Shown: positions 61,971 to 64,000 of the stretch, in pieces
Numbering within the stretch: the first letter of the stretch is position 1
How the letters are laid out: every line of letters begins with the position of its first letter
Assembly: GCA_965203315.1 (NCBI GenBank)
Contig: OZ241857.1
Coordinates: 1,696,001 to 1,760,000 of the forward strand
From: Nitrosopumilus sp.
GTDB lineage: Archaea > Thermoproteota > Nitrososphaeria > Nitrososphaerales > Nitrosopumilaceae
Length of the DNA: 64,000 nucleotides
Reading direction: 5' to 3'
Made by a program: the position numbers and the translations under genes
The notes under the pieces: generated by a model
What the model saw: the letters and a program-made list of their open reading frames with translations, nothing else
Database searches by the model: none
What the model was told of the DNA's origin: nothing

Positions 61971-62930
61971 CTAATAACCGACAGAATAGATCGGTTTCTT
62001 GCCTTGGATGCCGAGATCTAGATTATGTAATACGATCTCGGCCATCTTGACTCTAGTATCTATAGTTGAGCTACCTATGTGTGGCGTAAGTACTACGTTA
62101 TTCATCTTGGTTAGACTATTCGATCTTGTGGGTTCTCTCTCAAATACGTCTAAACCGGCTCCTGCAATTGTACCTTGTTCTAGTGCGGATACAAGATCAT
62201 GTTCGTCTACAACTCTACCTCTTGATGTGTTTATTAGATATGCACTGGGCTTCATCTCTTTGAATGATTGCATGTTAAAGATGCGATCCGTATCTGTTGT
62301 ATGAGGTACATGAACCGATATGATATCACTCTCTTTGAGTAACTTTGGGAATGATACATATCTTACACCATATCGCTTCTCTTTACTTTGTTTTAGTCGG
62401 GTTCGGTTGTGGTATATTGTATTCATTCCAAACGCCTTTGCTCTAATGGCGAGAGCTGATCCGATCCTACCTAGTCCTAGTATTCCAAGCGTCTTTGATT
62501 GTAGATCTTGACCAAGAAATTCATCTGGTCCGTATATCCTCTTCCATGACCCATTTCGAATAACTCGATCTCCTTCTGTTATTCTTCGTAATAGATCAAG
62601 CATTATGCCAAAAGTTAGATCGGCAGTAGCTGCAGTCAGTACGTCTGGGGTATATCCTACACGAATTCTCTGCTCTATCGCACACTGTAAATCGATGTGA
62701 TCGAATCCTACACTAAATGTGCTGATCACTTTGAGACTCTTGGCAGCAGTAAGGATCTTGCGATCAATCATATCGTATGGAAAACAGATCAGTCCATCGG
62801 CATCACTTATAGATTTCATCATGCGTGATCTTGGCATTGGAATCTTGCCCGAGTGTACCTCTACATCGTATCGTCTTGTTAGGTGTTTTAGCGCAAAGTC
62901 GTGTATCGCTCTAGTCAACAAGACTTTCAT
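61971..62930 (-). CDS. D-2-hydroxyacid dehydrogenase (glyoxylate reductase/D-glycerate dehydrogenase-like)
   Basis: SVGFDHID, GLGRIG, INTSRG, GLDVFE.EP, TPHIGS. Confidence 0.92.
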   Translation of the reverse strand: MKVLLTRAIHDFALKHLTRRYDVEVHSGKIPMPRSRMMKSISDADGLICFPYDMIDRKILTAAKSLKVISTFSVGFDHIDLQCAIEQRIRVGYTPDVLTAATADLTFGIMLDLLRRITEGDRVIRNGSWKRIYGPDEFLGQDLQSKTLGILGLGRIGSALAIRAKAFGMNTIYHNRTRLKQSKEKRYGVRYVSFPKLLKESDIISVHVPHTTDTDRIFNMQSFKEMKPSAYLINTSRGRVVDEHDLVSALEQGTIAGAGLDVFEREPTRSNSLTKMNNVVLTPHIGSSTIDTRVKMAEIVLHNLDLGIQGKKPIYSVGY

Positions 62931-62983
62931 CACATCTGAGATAATACTGAAACCATTTATAAGATCTCTTTTCAAAACAAATC

Positions 62984-63121
62984 ATGTCGCCAAAAGATGA
63001 CGAATTTGCAGTGTGTGTTGAATGTGGCAACTCTATCGAGAAATGTGTATGTGTCTGTCCCTATTGTGGAGAGCGTGATAAATGTGAATGTGCTCTATTT
63101 GATGCAGCAACTGGGGGATGA
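62984..63121 (+). CDS. 45-aa Cys-rich microprotein (absent from ORF track)
   Basis: MSPKDDEFAVCVECGNSIEKCVCVCPYCGERDKCECALFDAATGG*; TTTATAA ~25 bp upstream; stop 3 bp before the next gene. Confidence 0.7.
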   Translation: MSPKDDEFAVCVECGNSIEKCVCVCPYCGERDKCECALFDAATGG

Positions 63122-63124
63122 GGC

Positions 63125-64000
63125 TTGAGTACAGACTTTACATGGTTGATCGGTGGACCTCAAGGTAGTGGCGTTGAGTCTGGAGCAAACATATTCTCCA
63201 AGGTATGCGCCGAGATGGGATATCACATCTTTGGCAAACGTGAGTTTTACTCAAACATCAAGGGTGAACACAGCTACTTTACAGTACGTATATCGGACTC
63301 GGAGATACATTCTAACGTCGATCCAGTAGATCTGATGGTCTCCTTTGATGCAGAGACGATCTTTCGACACTATGACGAGTTGGGTCAAGGTGGCGGTATC
63401 ATATATGACTCAGAACTAGATGATACCGATACAACTAGTGTAAATACACTAGATGATCCATTTCGGCAACGACTACATCAAACACTAGAGTCTGCAAACA
63501 AACCTTTTACAATATCCGGGGTCTTGGAGCTCGCAAAAGAACGAGGCGTACAACTCTTTCCTGTCTCGTTCAAAGAACTACTTGGTTCGTTTGCAGATGA
63601 AGTTAACAACCCAAAATTACGTGGCCTTGTACGAATGTACAATGTGATCGGCGTCTCTCTGTCACTCGGTTTAGTAAAGATGTCGACTGTATCTCTACTC
63701 GACTCGATAGAATCTATATTTGCTAAAAAACCAAAGATTGCTGAACTGAACAAACAAGTTGCTACATTTGCATACAATTACGCATCTACAAAATTTGAGT
63801 TTGATAAAAGACTGGCAGGAACAACAAAGCGTCCTAATACGATTCTAGTTCAAGGACATTATGGGACGTCTATAGGAAAGATGGTCTCTGGCTGTCGATT
63901 CCAATCATACTATCCAATAACACCTGCATCAGATGAGAGCGTCTATCTAGAATCAAACGAGATACTACATGTACGACACAATCGACCTGGCTCTACTGTT
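63125..64000 (+). CDS. 2-oxoacid:ferredoxin oxidoreductase alpha subunit (3' end outside window)
   Basis: WLIGGPQGSGVESGA, REFYSNIKGEHS, YYPITPAS. Confidence 0.92.
   Translation, partial: MSTDFTWLIGGPQGSGVESGANIFSKVCAEMGYHIFGKREFYSNIKGEHSYFTVRISDSEIHSNVDPVDLMVSFDAETIFRHYDELGQGGGIIYDSELDDTDTTSVNTLDDPFRQRLHQTLESANKPFTISGVLELAKERGVQLFPVSFKELLGSFADEVNNPKLRGLVRMYNVIGVSLSLGLVKMSTVSLLDSIESIFAKKPKIAELNKQVATFAYNYASTKFEFDKRLAGTTKRPNTILVQGHYGTSIGKMVSGCRFQSYYPITPASDESVYLESNEILHVRHNRPGSTV

Overview
Archaeal chromosome segment. Gene content (LysW-dependent Lys/Arg operon, S17e/S26e, PurP, Cbf5, B12 cluster, methylmalonyl-CoA mutase small subunit, intron-containing tRNA-Ser) and protein style point to a Nitrosopumilaceae-like thaumarchaeon; the assignment is by recognition, not database search. 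Housekeeping blocks are interrupted by small accessory cassettes. (1) An IS110-family element lies inside the lys/arg operon. Its downstream non-coding region folds by eye into a two-loop bridge-RNA-like structure whose loop strands match the inferred element ends and left target flank, and it sits next to a solo RecB/Cas4-like nuclease. (2) At least four families of 115-175 bp MITE-like elements occur. One family has five full-length copies plus a partial one, and copies bracket an R-M cassette and a toxin-antitoxin cassette. (3) Three copies of a wHTH-UPF0175/PIN toxin-antitoxin-like module are in different stages of decay. (4) A restriction endonuclease is frameshifted beside an intact methylase, and a second methylase is orphan. 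(5) A protein carries three AT-hooks. (6) A 1051-aa repetitive surface protein has a G13 tract between its TATA box and start codon. (7) cobO is a double-lesion pseudogene next to an otherwise intact cobalamin cluster. No CRISPR array or rRNA was seen.
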